Virus record (IMG/VR): IMGVR_UViG_3300039159_000198
From: a virus
Lineage: Duplodnaviria > Heunggongvirae > Uroviricota > Caudoviricetes
DNA: 64,000 nt
Direction: 5' to 3' (one strand)
Shown: positions 10,262 to 20,557 of the stretch, one piece after another
How the letters are laid out: every line of letters starts with the position of its first letter
Numbering within the stretch: the stretch's first letter is position 1
Translations under genes and position numbers: made by a program
The notes under the pieces: model-generated
Told to the model about the DNA's origin: nothing
The model's database searches: none
Seen by the model: the letters and a program-made list of their open reading frames with translations, nothing else

Positions 10262-11068
10262 TTATACATTTGATGGTTCATACTTTATGGTTCTATCTTC
10301 AACAAAGAAATATTCTCGTTTTGCGGTTTGAATCCAAAACTTAACCTCATCTTCAGTCATTACAGATTCTCCAAACTTATAATTCCAAAAAATTGAACCC
10401 TCTCTCATATTGGTATGTTTGTATCCAAGTTTTGGGATAGTCATTATTGAAACAGAGTTGTAAGTAAGTCTTAATAAAAATTCATAAATGAATGTTAATT
10501 TAATTGATGGTTTAAATCCACCAAAATCTTCAATAATTTCTTTTTTAAATACAGACCCAGCGGTTTGAAAGTTTTGATAATCTTGTAATGTATCGTTTGT
10601 TAAAAACCCTATTTCCTGAGTAAAGTTAGCAGCAAAAGTTGCCTCATTTGTAAATCCAGCAAAAACACCTTTTTCATTTGTTTCAACAACTACTGGTAAA
10701 AACATTTGAATTTCAGGATAGGCTTCTGTATATTTTTTAACATTTTTAAACCAAATTGAAGAGTATTCATCGTCAAATTCAAATAACGAAACCCATTTAC
10801 CGGTAGCATTTTTTATCCCGTAATTAACTTGTTCCATATAACTAGGGTCTTTATCCCATAGTAGTTTATTAACTTTAAGGTCTCCAAAGTCATAACTATT
10901 TAGATGAGATACTAATGATTCCTCAGGTGTGTGTATTATTATCAATTCTTCAATCCCAACTTGTTGGTTTTTAATTGATTCAATAGCTTTATTGAAATAA
11001 TCTTCAAAATCTTTAGACTTTGATGATTTGATTGGTAGTATAACCGAAAGTGATAAATTATTTTCCAT
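10262..11068 (-). CDS. Glycosyltransferase family 2
   Basis: LSVILP...AIESIKNQ...NYGIKNATGKWVSLFEFDD GT-A signature; start taken at MENNLS. Confidence 0.8.
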   Translation of the reverse strand: MENNLSLSVILPIKSSKSKDFEDYFNKAIESIKNQQVGIEELIIIHTPEESLVSHLNSYDFGDLKVNKLLWDKDPSYMEQVNYGIKNATGKWVSLFEFDDEYSSIWFKNVKKYTEAYPEIQMFLPVVVETNEKGVFAGFTNEATFAANFTQEIGFLTNDTLQDYQNFQTAGSVFKKEIIEDFGGFKPSIKLTFIYEFLLRLTYNSVSIMTIPKLGYKHTNMREGSIFWNYKFGESVMTEDEVKFWIQTAKREYFFVEDRTIKYEPSNV

Positions 11069-11069
11069 A

Positions 11070-12122
11070 TTATTCTTCTGTTTTAGTGATTTGTTCTTCA
11101 AATGATTCAGCTCTGTTGTTTAAGTAACCTTCAAATAAAGAAACAACCGTAGATTCAAATTTTTGTTTATCTGAAAATTTTTCTGATGTTTTTTTCATTT
11201 CATCATATACTTCAGGTTTAATATTGTCTTCTAACCAATTTTGAACAAAATCCGCTACAATATCAGATAATAATGTTTGGTCTGTAATCCATATTCCGTT
11301 ATCTTCGGTCATCCAAGTTGGAGGTAAGTTAGGTATTTTACCAATTACAGGTACATTACATTTCATTGATTCTAATGGGAACGTACCAAACCCACTTTCA
11401 TTATCAACCCACACACTTAAAAAACAATCTTTAAGAGAACTTGCAAATTCTTTTTCAGATAAACCTCTTAAATCTCTAAAGGTAAACCAACGATATTGTG
11501 GAAATTTTAAATAAAAGGTCTTAATTAAATTAACCGCATCACTTTGGTCTTTAGTATGAATACCAATAATTGGTAATGGTGGTAATTTTTTAGGTTCAAA
11601 CACTTCACTAATATAAGGTTCGATAATATCAAAAGAACAATTTCTCATCACTTTCTCAATATATTCTTTTTGTTTGCTATTGGTTGTAATACATTTCATA
11701 AACCCAAATTGAGCCCAAGTTTGACCCGGTTGTAAAGTTTCTAACATGTAACTATATGATTGTGTAAGGACTATCTTAGCACATGGTAATTGTTTTACTT
11801 GGTCCATAATATATCCAAAAATTTCCGGAATAACTAAAAAATCTTCCGGAGAAATTTCTAAGTTTTTACCCTCAATTGATTGATGAGGCAACTCCATATA
11901 CTCCCCATCTAACCATGCAATTACCCCTGTGTAGTCAGATTTCTCATGTAATATGATTGGGTTAAACCCGTTGTCTTTTAATGTTTTACCCATTTGGTAC
12001 ATATAACGAACAGAAGCCCTTGCGTTACCTTTAGTGTCTTGGACTAAAAGATATATTCTTGCTTGTTTGTCTCGTAATGTTTGGATGGATTGTTTTACCT
12101 TTTCTTGTAATGAATTTTCCAT
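11070..12122 (-). CDS. Glycosyltransferase, GT-B (GT4-like)
   Basis: ESGFGTFPLESMKCNVPVIG (EX7E-type motif). Confidence 0.75.
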   Translation of the reverse strand: MENSLQEKVKQSIQTLRDKQARIYLLVQDTKGNARASVRYMYQMGKTLKDNGFNPIILHEKSDYTGVIAWLDGEYMELPHQSIEGKNLEISPEDFLVIPEIFGYIMDQVKQLPCAKIVLTQSYSYMLETLQPGQTWAQFGFMKCITTNSKQKEYIEKVMRNCSFDIIEPYISEVFEPKKLPPLPIIGIHTKDQSDAVNLIKTFYLKFPQYRWFTFRDLRGLSEKEFASSLKDCFLSVWVDNESGFGTFPLESMKCNVPVIGKIPNLPPTWMTEDNGIWITDQTLLSDIVADFVQNWLEDNIKPEVYDEMKKTSEKFSDKQKFESTVVSLFEGYLNNRAESFEEQITKTEE

Positions 12123-12126
12123 GTTT

Positions 12127-12417
12127 TTAATAATGATTTATAAGTTTTTTGTTTAATAAGCTATTGAAAGCAATTCTAAATGGAATACTAGTCTTTGATG
12201 ACTGTTTCATCCCCAATGTTTCATCAAGTTCTTCATGTTCGGTTAATATAGTGTCTAACATCATTTTAACTAAGTCAAACTTAATTATATTTATTTTTAC
12301 TTCATATGTGTCACCTGAAGTTACTTCATCATCACTTGGAATTCCAATATATTCTTCAACTAAGTCTAAGTCGACATAATAAGTTTCTCCTAATACATTA
12401 ATCATAAATTTCTTCAA
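12127..12417 (-). CDS. Hypothetical protein
   Basis: ORF coupled in the operon; likely start is MINVLGE. Confidence 0.65.
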   Translation of the reverse strand: MKKFMINVLGETYYVDLDLVEEYIGIPSDDEVTSGDTYEVKINIIKFDLVKMMLDTILTEHEELDETLGMKQSSKTSIPFRIAFNSLLNKKLINHY

Positions 12418-12997
12418 TTTTAGATTTAAGCTCTTTAATATTTGATATTGAGTGCTTAGTGTTAATATCTGAGTTGTAATTAGTATTAAACTTAATTACG
12501 ATTTTATTCTCGGGATGTTCTAATAATAGTTTAGGATTTGCCGTAAGTAAAACGTCTATTGAATCCCACATTGAATTAATTGTTGATTCACTATAAAATT
12601 TTACCGTTTCAACTAAACATCCAAACTTTGAAATAAAAAATAATGAAGCTGGTTTTGATTTACCTATCTCACCCGAAACAATTAAAATGTCGTGATTATC
12701 TCTAACATCTAAATAAAATTCATTAAAATCCATCATACTTGATACTTCAACCGAACCTGCATGTCCAAAAATCTCCATAGTATGTTCTTTGTAAAGAAAA
12801 TCATATAACTCGTCTTCATCTTTAAATTTTAGATGGTCTGTTAAATTTAAAGTATTAATTTTTGATATCACCTCATACTTAAACGAATCTTCAGTATCTT
12901 CAAGAAATGGATTTTCTAAATACCATTTCTCATATTCTTGTTGTATTTTTTTTAGAGTATCTCTTAAAACACCATTTAATTCTATCGCAATTTTCAT
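12398..12997 (-). CDS. HAD-superfamily 5'(3')-nucleotidase-like protein with a degenerate motif I
   Basis: MKIAIELNGVLRD resembles IAIDxDGVLxD; NTNYN near the C-terminus. Confidence 0.55.
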   Translation of the reverse strand: MKIAIELNGVLRDTLKKIQQEYEKWYLENPFLEDTEDSFKYEVISKINTLNLTDHLKFKDEDELYDFLYKEHTMEIFGHAGSVEVSSMMDFNEFYLDVRDNHDILIVSGEIGKSKPASLFFISKFGCLVETVKFYSESTINSMWDSIDVLLTANPKLLLEHPENKIVIKFNTNYNSDINTKHSISNIKELKSKIEEIYD

Positions 12998-13082
12998 TTA
13001 TTTATTTTTATTTTAAGATAATTGTATATTTTTTTTTGTAAATATTTGAATTTAAAAAAAAATTAGGATATTTATATGATAT

Positions 13083-14081
13083 ATGGAAGGAAATAAAAGA
13101 AAAAGTTGGTCAGAAGACGAAATCACATACTTAATAGAAAACTATTCAAATATGTTTAATACAGAGTTGTGTAAAAGTTTGAATAGAACTGAATTGTCTA
13201 TTTATATAAAGGCGAATAAATTAGGTCTACATAAATCAATAGTCCACAAATCAAAATGTATTTCTAAAAGAAATAAAATTGTTGGTAGGGATTTAGACGA
13301 CAAAACACTATTTTTGATAGGTAAAAAATATAAAACTAAATCGGAATTTCAAAAAAACGACCCGTCCGCGTATTCAACCGCAAGACGAAATGGCATTTTA
13401 AATGATATTTGTTCTCATATGATTTCAAAGTCGTTTAGTATCCCACAATTAATTCTTAAAGATATTATTTCTAAATTATATAATACAGATAATATAGTTT
13501 ATAATGATAGGAGAACATTAAAACCATATGAAATTGATGTATATTTACCTGACTATAATCTTGGATTTGAATACAACGGTAAGGGGTGGCATATAAATAA
13601 TGAACGAGATAAATTAAAAAATGATTTATCATTATTAAAAAACATCACATTAATAACTCTTAACGAAAATAATAGAGATTATGAAACAGATATAAAAAAT
13701 CAATTAATATTAAAACTTGAGGATTTAAAAATTAACACATCGATTAATGAAATTAATAATGTTATTGTTGGTAACCCTTATTCTAATGTATATGTAATTG
13801 ACGATTTAATTAAGATTACTAACACATATAATTCATTTACTGAGTTTTATAAAAATGAACGACCAATTTATGTTAAAATATCAAAATTAGGTTTAATTGA
13901 TGAGTTAACTAAACATATGTGTTGTAGAAGAAAAAAACGAGAATTGGGTGAAGTTATTGAAAAAATAAATAAGTACCAATATCTTAATGAATTAATCAGT
14001 AATGATTTTGGTACTTATTCTTATGTTAAAAAAAATAAATTAAATTATTTACTGATTAATTTAAAAAGACTTAAAAATTAA
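13083..14081 (+). CDS. Free-standing PD-(D/E)XK homing endonuclease, antisense to the operon
   Basis: PYEIDVYLPDYNLGFEYNGKGWH nuclease motif, N-terminal WSEDE Myb-like HTH, repeated helical modules. Confidence 0.7.
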   Translation: MEGNKRKSWSEDEITYLIENYSNMFNTELCKSLNRTELSIYIKANKLGLHKSIVHKSKCISKRNKIVGRDLDDKTLFLIGKKYKTKSEFQKNDPSAYSTARRNGILNDICSHMISKSFSIPQLILKDIISKLYNTDNIVYNDRRTLKPYEIDVYLPDYNLGFEYNGKGWHINNERDKLKNDLSLLKNITLITLNENNRDYETDIKNQLILKLEDLKINTSINEINNVIVGNPYSNVYVIDDLIKITNTYNSFTEFYKNERPIYVKISKLGLIDELTKHMCCRRKKRELGEVIEKINKYQYLNELISNDFGTYSYVKKNKLNYLLINLKRLKN

Positions 14082-14824
14082 TTTTCGTATCGTTTTAAAA
14101 TTTCTATAATTATCGGATTTCTGACGACATCTTTAATATTAAACTCAAAAAGCCCTATGTTTTTTACGTCCGATAATCGGTTTATTGCATCATATAACCC
14201 AGACAATTCTTTTTTCTTAAATTTATCGGATTGTTCAATATCTCCACTAATAAAAAATTTTGAATTAAAACCAATACGAGTTAATAACATTTTCATTTCA
14301 GATGGGGTTGAATTTTGACTTTCTTCTAAAATTAAAATCATATTATCTGCATTAAACCCTCTTAAAAACGATAACGACATAATTTCAATTATGTCAAATT
14401 GTTCCAATTTTTCAACATTTTCTTTACCAATTATTTTATCTAATAATGATAACGAAGAATAAACATATGGTCCCATTTTTTCTCGTAAATCACCCGGGAG
14501 ACTTCCTAATGTTGATGAACTACTTTCAACTGCGGGTCTAACAATCATTATTTTTTCATAAGGGGTTTCAGGGTCAACAATTAAATCTATCGCAGCTTTC
14601 ATTGAAATATAACTTTTTCCAGTTCCCGCAGGTCCAGAACAAATCGTTATTTCATTTTCCATCATTAAATCATAATATTTTCTTTGACTTTCAGATAAAA
14701 ATTTTTGTTTAGTTTTCTTTTTAACCAAAGAACAGATTAGTTGTTTTTTAGTTCTTGCTTCAACTTTATCGTCTAATGGTGTTGAAGTTGGTTTTGGTTT
14801 GGTACCTCTTGTTGGTTTTTGCAT
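14078..14824 (-). CDS. phoH: PhoH family ATPase
   Basis: GPAGTGKS, RPAVE, LGSLPGD, FLRG, ESQN, LLTRIG, GDIEQSD, DVVRN. Confidence 0.92.
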   Translation of the reverse strand: MQKPTRGTKPKPTSTPLDDKVEARTKKQLICSLVKKKTKQKFLSESQRKYYDLMMENEITICSGPAGTGKSYISMKAAIDLIVDPETPYEKIMIVRPAVESSSSTLGSLPGDLREKMGPYVYSSLSLLDKIIGKENVEKLEQFDIIEIMSLSFLRGFNADNMILILEESQNSTPSEMKMLLTRIGFNSKFFISGDIEQSDKFKKKELSGLYDAINRLSDVKNIGLFEFNIKDVVRNPIIIEILKRYEN

Positions 14825-14833
14825 TTTTTTGTT

Positions 14834-15403
14834 TTAAATATTAATAAATGTTTTATTTTGGGATAATAAATTATAGTTTTTAAATAATTGTTTAATGTCT
14901 TCATCAGATAATTTATCTTTAACAAATAAATTATCTCCAATATTTTTAGATGGATTACCCACCATTTTAGAAAAAGGGGGTGTTATTGATTTTTTAGTTA
15001 TAACACTACCCATACCAATCATAGACCCTCCACCAATTAATGAAAATTGATGAAACAACGAGCCAATTCCAACATTAGAATGTTTACAAATTCTAACATG
15101 TCCTGCCAATACGGAATGTGCGCTTAAAACAACTTTATCTTCTATATGACAATCATGACCAATATGAACAGATTTCATTATAAAACAATCGTTACCAATA
15201 AACGTTTGCGATATTGAACCACCGTCTATTGTAACATTACCAGTTATTATTGTATTATCACCAATAATAACACCCATATTTTCTAATGGGTATCCATGTT
15301 TAATTTCTGAAGGAGCTCCGATAATACAAAAAGGTCCTATTTCTACGTTATTACCAATAATAACATTTGGGTAGATTTGTGAAGTTGGATGTATTTTATT
15401 CAT
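14834..15403 (-). CDS. LpxA-like hexapeptide-repeat acyltransferase
   Basis: IHPTS...IGPFCIIG, left-handed beta-helix repeats, HIGHDC and FHQF LpxA motifs, GNPS. Confidence 0.8.
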   Translation of the reverse strand: MNKIHPTSQIYPNVIIGNNVEIGPFCIIGAPSEIKHGYPLENMGVIIGDNTIITGNVTIDGGSISQTFIGNDCFIMKSVHIGHDCHIEDKVVLSAHSVLAGHVRICKHSNVGIGSLFHQFSLIGGGSMIGMGSVITKKSITPPFSKMVGNPSKNIGDNLFVKDKLSDEDIKQLFKNYNLLSQNKTFINI

Positions 15404-15416
15404 TTTTTTTTATATT

Positions 15417-16052
15417 TTAGTCAATAGTATCTATGGTTATACCGGGTAGGTGAGTTACAACATAAGTGTATTCATTGGAATTAGATTTTTTATGTTTAAC
15501 CCCATTTTGTATTAAAAAATTGATTAAACCCCAATCATGTCCGTAATTTGGTGTATGTTCAAAATTTCTTAATAATTTAGTTTTAACAATAATTTCAGAA
15601 TGGCCAATACAACTTATTTGTAATGTGGGAGTTCGGACTCTATTGTTTGGACCCTCAAATGTGTTGTAATAAACTAAATCTAAATCCGTATTCTCAATTT
15701 CTTTTAAGTAATGTTCAAAATGATTATTATATAATATATCATCATTTCCTGCGAAAATAAAATAATCACCAATAGCGTTTTTAACAGCATAATTAGTTAT
15801 GAAATATCCATGACCTCCATAATTTTTATCTAAGTTATAACAATGTAATATATTACCATTATCTTGAGCCCTTTTAATAAATTGTTCGACTTCTCCCGAA
15901 TCTATCATTTTTTGAAAAAAAGGACACCCATCTCCAATAATAAAGGCCTCCCACCCATTTATAGATTGATTTAAAATATTATCAATAATTCGTTTAGTTC
16001 TTTCTGGTCTACCGTAACAAGGTACGACAATACTAATTCTTATTTTACCCAT
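15417..16052 (-). CDS. Glycosyltransferase family 2
   Basis: ISIVVPCYGRPE, IIGDG, GDYFIFAGNDD. Confidence 0.8.
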   Translation of the reverse strand: MGKIRISIVVPCYGRPERTKRIIDNILNQSINGWEAFIIGDGCPFFQKMIDSGEVEQFIKRAQDNGNILHCYNLDKNYGGHGYFITNYAVKNAIGDYFIFAGNDDILYNNHFEHYLKEIENTDLDLVYYNTFEGPNNRVRTPTLQISCIGHSEIIVKTKLLRNFEHTPNYGHDWGLINFLIQNGVKHKKSNSNEYTYVVTHLPGITIDTID

Positions 16053-16057
16053 ATTTA

Positions 16058-16432
16058 TTATTCTTTTTTTAAGATTAATGCACTTCCATCAACTAATAAT
16101 TCACCATCATTATCAAATATTTGAGTCAATAAATTATATTTATTGTTTTGAGTATCAATTAATGTAATGACAACATTAATTATTTCTCCGACATAACAAG
16201 GTTTTACAAATTTAATATTTTGAGATAAATAGATACTCCCGTGTCCCGGATAAGTTTCTGAAATTATTTTAGAAAAAAAAGACGAGATTAACATCCCATG
16301 AGCTATTGGTTTTTTAAAAATAGTTGTTTTGGCATAATCAACATCTACATGTATTGGATTCTTATCACCAATTAAGTTTGAATATTCTTTTACCATATTT
16401 TTAGTTATATTAATTTTTTCGGAGTGTATCAT
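16058..16432 (-). CDS. MaoC/PhaJ-like (R)-specific enoyl-CoA hydratase
   Basis: GDKNPIHVDVDYA...IAHGML hydratase-2 motif; YLSQNIKFVKP. Confidence 0.85.
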   Translation of the reverse strand: MIHSEKINITKNMVKEYSNLIGDKNPIHVDVDYAKTTIFKKPIAHGMLISSFFSKIISETYPGHGSIYLSQNIKFVKPCYVGEIINVVITLIDTQNNKYNLLTQIFDNDGELLVDGSALILKKE

Positions 16433-17136
16433 AAAAATATTGATGTTGGTCTAATTTTTGAAAAATTTTCATTTATCCTTAAATTGTGCGGAAACCCCAT
16501 ACGAACATATGTATGAATATCCTCAACACCACTAGTTTTCATAAATTTTTTACTTTGACCCTCAAAATGTATCATCGGTGAACTTGTTAAAAATGCCATA
16601 TCAAAACCTTGTTTATAAAGATGATAATATAAAAAATCATCCCCACAATAAGTCTTAATCTCCTCAGGAATTAGTGTAAATAATTCTCGTTTAATACTAA
16701 AGTCCCACCCTTGCATATATCTACCTTTTTCAACAATCACATATTGAGTAGTTTCTTTTGGTTTGGTATAGTCTTCGTGATTTGTTGAGTGAACAACAAT
16801 ACCGACATTAGATTCTTTATTAAAAACTTCCAATGTGTCTGAAATAAAATTATTTGGTATGATAACATCGTTATTTAAAAAACATAAAATATCGTCATCA
16901 TAGTTAGTGTAAAACCAATTCCAAACATGATTTAATGGAATATTCTGATTATTCCTTATAATTTCAATTCGTTCATCTGTCAATCCATTTAACATTTCTT
17001 GAGTTCCTTCTTCTGAAGAATCTTGGTCAACAATTACGATTTTAAAATCTTTAAATGTTTGATTTAATAAATAATTGATACAATTTATTGTATAGTCTTT
17101 GTTGTTCAAATTAACAACCATTACTCTTAATTTCAT
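16429..17136 (-). CDS. Glycosyltransferase family 2
   Basis: IVIVDQDS, CFLNNDV, YCGDD. Confidence 0.8.
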   Translation of the reverse strand: MKLRVMVVNLNNKDYTINCINYLLNQTFKDFKIVIVDQDSSEEGTQEMLNGLTDERIEIIRNNQNIPLNHVWNWFYTNYDDDILCFLNNDVIIPNNFISDTLEVFNKESNVGIVVHSTNHEDYTKPKETTQYVIVEKGRYMQGWDFSIKRELFTLIPEEIKTYCGDDFLYYHLYKQGFDMAFLTSSPMIHFEGQSKKFMKTSGVEDIHTYVRMGFPHNLRINENFSKIRPTSIFL

Positions 17137-18293
17137 TATAATTTAATTTGATATCCCTCGGGTATTGACCCTGATTTATAAAATTTCAGTCTATTATTGT
17201 AAGACACACTTATATCGTTAAGTTTAATCCCAAATTGATGATTGTCAATAATATTAACAATATAGCCCTCCTCAAGTAATTCAATACACAATTTATATTG
17301 TTGTGAATTGGTTAGATTATCAGACCCTTCTTTAAACCCAATATTAGTTATTGAAAATGGGTATTCTTTATTTGGATTTTGACTTATGTAGAATTGTTTT
17401 AAAAATTTGGTATGATTTTCATTACTTTCTTTTATTGATGTTATTAATGTTGTGTCAATATCATAACTTTTTAAATGTTCTGTGAATGTTTTACTATCTC
17501 TAGGAAGATTTTCACCACCGTAACCAAATCCATATTTAAATGATTTAGTACCAACTCTTGAGTCATTTCCTATTGAATTTAAAATTGATGTAGTTTCATC
17601 ATTTAGTTTTGATTTAAGACATAAATTTCCAATTATGTTTGCAAAACTAATCTTCATTGAAAGATAGGTGTTTATCCCCAATTTAGTTATTTCCGCCGCT
17701 CTTAATGACATTGTATGAATATTAACCCCATTTGTTTGAAATTTGTTGTATAGAGTAATCATATTATTCGACAACTCTTGATATTCGGTTCCAATTATAA
17801 CAATGTCAGAGTTATAATATCCATCAATAATATTACCTTGAGAAGACATTGATGGGATATACCCTACTTGAATATTAAACATATGTAGTTTATCTTGAAT
17901 TTGTTGTGTATCCCCGGGATTCATGGTTGACCCAATTATAAAATTTTTGGTATAAACTGGAACGTCTAACTGAGACGCGGTAAAAAAATGGTTTGTTACT
18001 TCAAAAACATTTGTTGTATCATTACCTCCATCTAATGTTGGTATGGTATCCACAAACGTAAAAATCGTGTCACATTTTTTTATTATCTCAATAACATCAG
18101 TTGTTCCCGAAAAATTGTCAGATTCAAATAACATTTTTTGTATTAATGGTTCTTTGGTATTAAAAATTTCTTGATTTAAATTAAAAATGACATCATCATC
18201 TTCGTCATAAATAAAGACTTCATGTCCCAAATTTTCACATAGTAATGAAAATGCAACCCCCAAATCATTCGCTCCAATAACCCCTATTCTCAT
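17136..18293 (-). CDS. UDP-glucose/GDP-mannose dehydrogenase-like protein lacking the catalytic Cys
   Basis: AEITKLGINTYLSMKISFAN, DSRVG, GFGYGGENLPRD (canonical GGxCLPxD). Confidence 0.8.
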   Translation of the reverse strand: MRIGVIGANDLGVAFSLLCENLGHEVFIYDEDDDVIFNLNQEIFNTKEPLIQKMLFESDNFSGTTDVIEIIKKCDTIFTFVDTIPTLDGGNDTTNVFEVTNHFFTASQLDVPVYTKNFIIGSTMNPGDTQQIQDKLHMFNIQVGYIPSMSSQGNIIDGYYNSDIVIIGTEYQELSNNMITLYNKFQTNGVNIHTMSLRAAEITKLGINTYLSMKISFANIIGNLCLKSKLNDETTSILNSIGNDSRVGTKSFKYGFGYGGENLPRDSKTFTEHLKSYDIDTTLITSIKESNENHTKFLKQFYISQNPNKEYPFSITNIGFKEGSDNLTNSQQYKLCIELLEEGYIVNIIDNHQFGIKLNDISVSYNNRLKFYKSGSIPEGYQIKL

Positions 18294-18294
18294 T

Positions 18295-19920
18295 TTATAA
18301 TATTTTAATATATTCTTCTTTTATTTGTTTTACGACATTAGATACGTGATATTTTTCCAAATCATTTGGTACTTCAAATTTTTCTTTATGTTGTATAAAC
18401 CCCGCAGAATCAACATTATAAATCCATCCCGGCTTTCCACATAACCATCCTTCAATAGTTGTTCGACCTAATTGAATCCCGGCAGTTTCCGAACATCTTG
18501 AAATAAATGACTCAACATTCCAAGTTGATGGAAAATATTTGACATGTGGTTCAAACAGAACTTGTTGCAAATAATTACCCTTATCTTCACCAACTAACCA
18601 TAATTCTTTACCTTCCTCTTTAGTTCTATCCATTAAATCTAAGATGGTTTCTTTTCTTAAATAATCTATGGTTCCAACAAATAAAACACTATTTTCTTCT
18701 TTTACTGAATTCGGTTTAAATTTTTCATTATCAATTGGATTATAAACAATTTCAATATCTTCTTCCATTATTTGGAAAGAATTAATTAAGTGAGTTTTAA
18801 TTTCAGGTCTAATTGCAATATATTTCTTAATTGATTCATGTTTGATAGGATTTTCCAATTCAATTACTTCTGAGTGTATGGAATATATTTTATCAATTTC
18901 AGGATAAAATTGAATCATTCTTTCAGCAACTGGTTTATGTTGCATGTGGATTAAATCAAAATTAACTTCAGACACTCTGTACATTACTCCGGATTGAGAT
19001 GGCTCAAATCCTTTATTAGTGTTATGACCCCATTTCCCATCACCCATTTTAAATCCGGGAGCCTCTTCAAACAAAATACATTTAATTCCTTGTTTTTTTG
19101 CCATATCCGTTAAAGGACCACCAATTTGAGACATAACTGTTACATCACAATTTTGTTTTAATAAATTTTTTGCCAGTTCGTAAACATAAAGTTCTGACCC
19201 TGTAAATGTTTTAAAAAATAAACAAGATAATAGGACTTTAATTTTTCTTTGTTCGTTGTAAGGTAATTTAACAGGTAAATTTGATTTGAACTTTTCTGAA
19301 AATAATTTTTTATTTTCTTCCCATTGTTCATTAGTTTGTCCAATTGATTTATGAGTAATTCTAATATTTGTTATTACACCAACTTTTACACCCTCTAAGT
19401 GATTTTCAAAACAAAAAGGAATATCGTAAAAGTGAAATCCTTTAAAATCTTCATTAAAATTTTTCTTAATTTTTTTCTTGTTAATGGCAATAAAAAGTCC
19501 GTCAACTACGACTGTTTCAAGAATATTGTTACCAAGACTATCGGAATATTTTGATTCCCATTTTTTCCCTTCGTGTTCATGATTTACAATACCAACCATT
19601 TTTTTTCTATTTTCCCACCACATACCACTTTCTGGTATTTCAGTTGTTCCTGCCATTCCAATAATACCAAAGTCAGATTTTTCAAAATGTTTTAGTAATT
19701 TTGAATACCATGCGTTAGTGTCAAAATAAACGTCATCATGCAATAAAACATTTATATCCGTGTTTGACTCGGATAGTATTTCGTTGTAAACCTCTGTTAA
19801 AGATTTTTCACCATTATTGATTTTTTCAATAACCTCAATTTTTTTAAAACCGGAACTTTTTTTTAAATATTCAATAAATTCGGGATTATGTTTTCTTGTT
19901 GAGTATCCTACTGTTATCAT
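18295..19920 (-). CDS. Two-domain glycosyltransferase (GT-A plus GT-B)
   Basis: N-terminal LLHDDV...VVDGLFIA...FHFYD; C-terminal TGSELYVYELA...YNPIDNEKF. Confidence 0.75.
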   Translation of the reverse strand: MITVGYSTRKHNPEFIEYLKKSSGFKKIEVIEKINNGEKSLTEVYNEILSESNTDINVLLHDDVYFDTNAWYSKLLKHFEKSDFGIIGMAGTTEIPESGMWWENRKKMVGIVNHEHEGKKWESKYSDSLGNNILETVVVDGLFIAINKKKIKKNFNEDFKGFHFYDIPFCFENHLEGVKVGVITNIRITHKSIGQTNEQWEENKKLFSEKFKSNLPVKLPYNEQRKIKVLLSCLFFKTFTGSELYVYELAKNLLKQNCDVTVMSQIGGPLTDMAKKQGIKCILFEEAPGFKMGDGKWGHNTNKGFEPSQSGVMYRVSEVNFDLIHMQHKPVAERMIQFYPEIDKIYSIHSEVIELENPIKHESIKKYIAIRPEIKTHLINSFQIMEEDIEIVYNPIDNEKFKPNSVKEENSVLFVGTIDYLRKETILDLMDRTKEEGKELWLVGEDKGNYLQQVLFEPHVKYFPSTWNVESFISRCSETAGIQLGRTTIEGWLCGKPGWIYNVDSAGFIQHKEKFEVPNDLEKYHVSNVVKQIKEEYIKIL

Positions 19921-19921
19921 A

Positions 19922-20557
19922 TTACACTATTCCTGTTGAACCAAAACCATTATCTTCTCTATCTCCACCCTCAACTTTATTAACATTAACTAAATTAACA
20001 TATTTCCCATTGACAACAGGACATAAAACCGCTTGAGCTATTTTCATACCTTTTGGAAGTGTTACGATATAATTATTTGTGTTAAACACAATAACTTTAA
20101 TCTCTCCATTATAACCGGAATCAACAGTTCCCGGAGTATTTAACACGGTTAAACCATAGTTAATTGCCAATCCACTTTTTGGTCTTACTTGAATTTCGTA
20201 TTCTTCAGGTATTGATAATTTTATTCCTGTTGGAACTAATATTCGACCAAATGGTCCTACTTCCAAATCTTCAGTTGAATATAAGTCAAACCCCGAGTCA
20301 CTTAGATAAGCGTATTCAGGGAATTTTGCATCATCGTTAAGTAATTCGATTTTTAATGTTTTTGTTTTCATCGTCATAATTGCATCCTCATTCATTTCCT
20401 CATAAGTCATCCCAATTAATTCTTCTAATTCTTTTTGATACTCATCATCACTATCAATATCAACTCCAGCATCTAATTGAATTTTTTTAAATTGATTTTG
20501 AATATCATCAATCATTTTAGGGTCAATACCCATTCCATCTAATCCTTCTATTAACAT
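19922..20557 (-). CDS. dut: Trimeric dUTPase
   Basis: SGFDL, RPKSGLA, PGTVDSGYNGEIKV, KIAQAV, REDNGFGSTG. Confidence 0.95.
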   Translation of the reverse strand: MLIEGLDGMGIDPKMIDDIQNQFKKIQLDAGVDIDSDDEYQKELEELIGMTYEEMNEDAIMTMKTKTLKIELLNDDAKFPEYAYLSDSGFDLYSTEDLEVGPFGRILVPTGIKLSIPEEYEIQVRPKSGLAINYGLTVLNTPGTVDSGYNGEIKVIVFNTNNYIVTLPKGMKIAQAVLCPVVNGKYVNLVNVNKVEGGDREDNGFGSTGIV

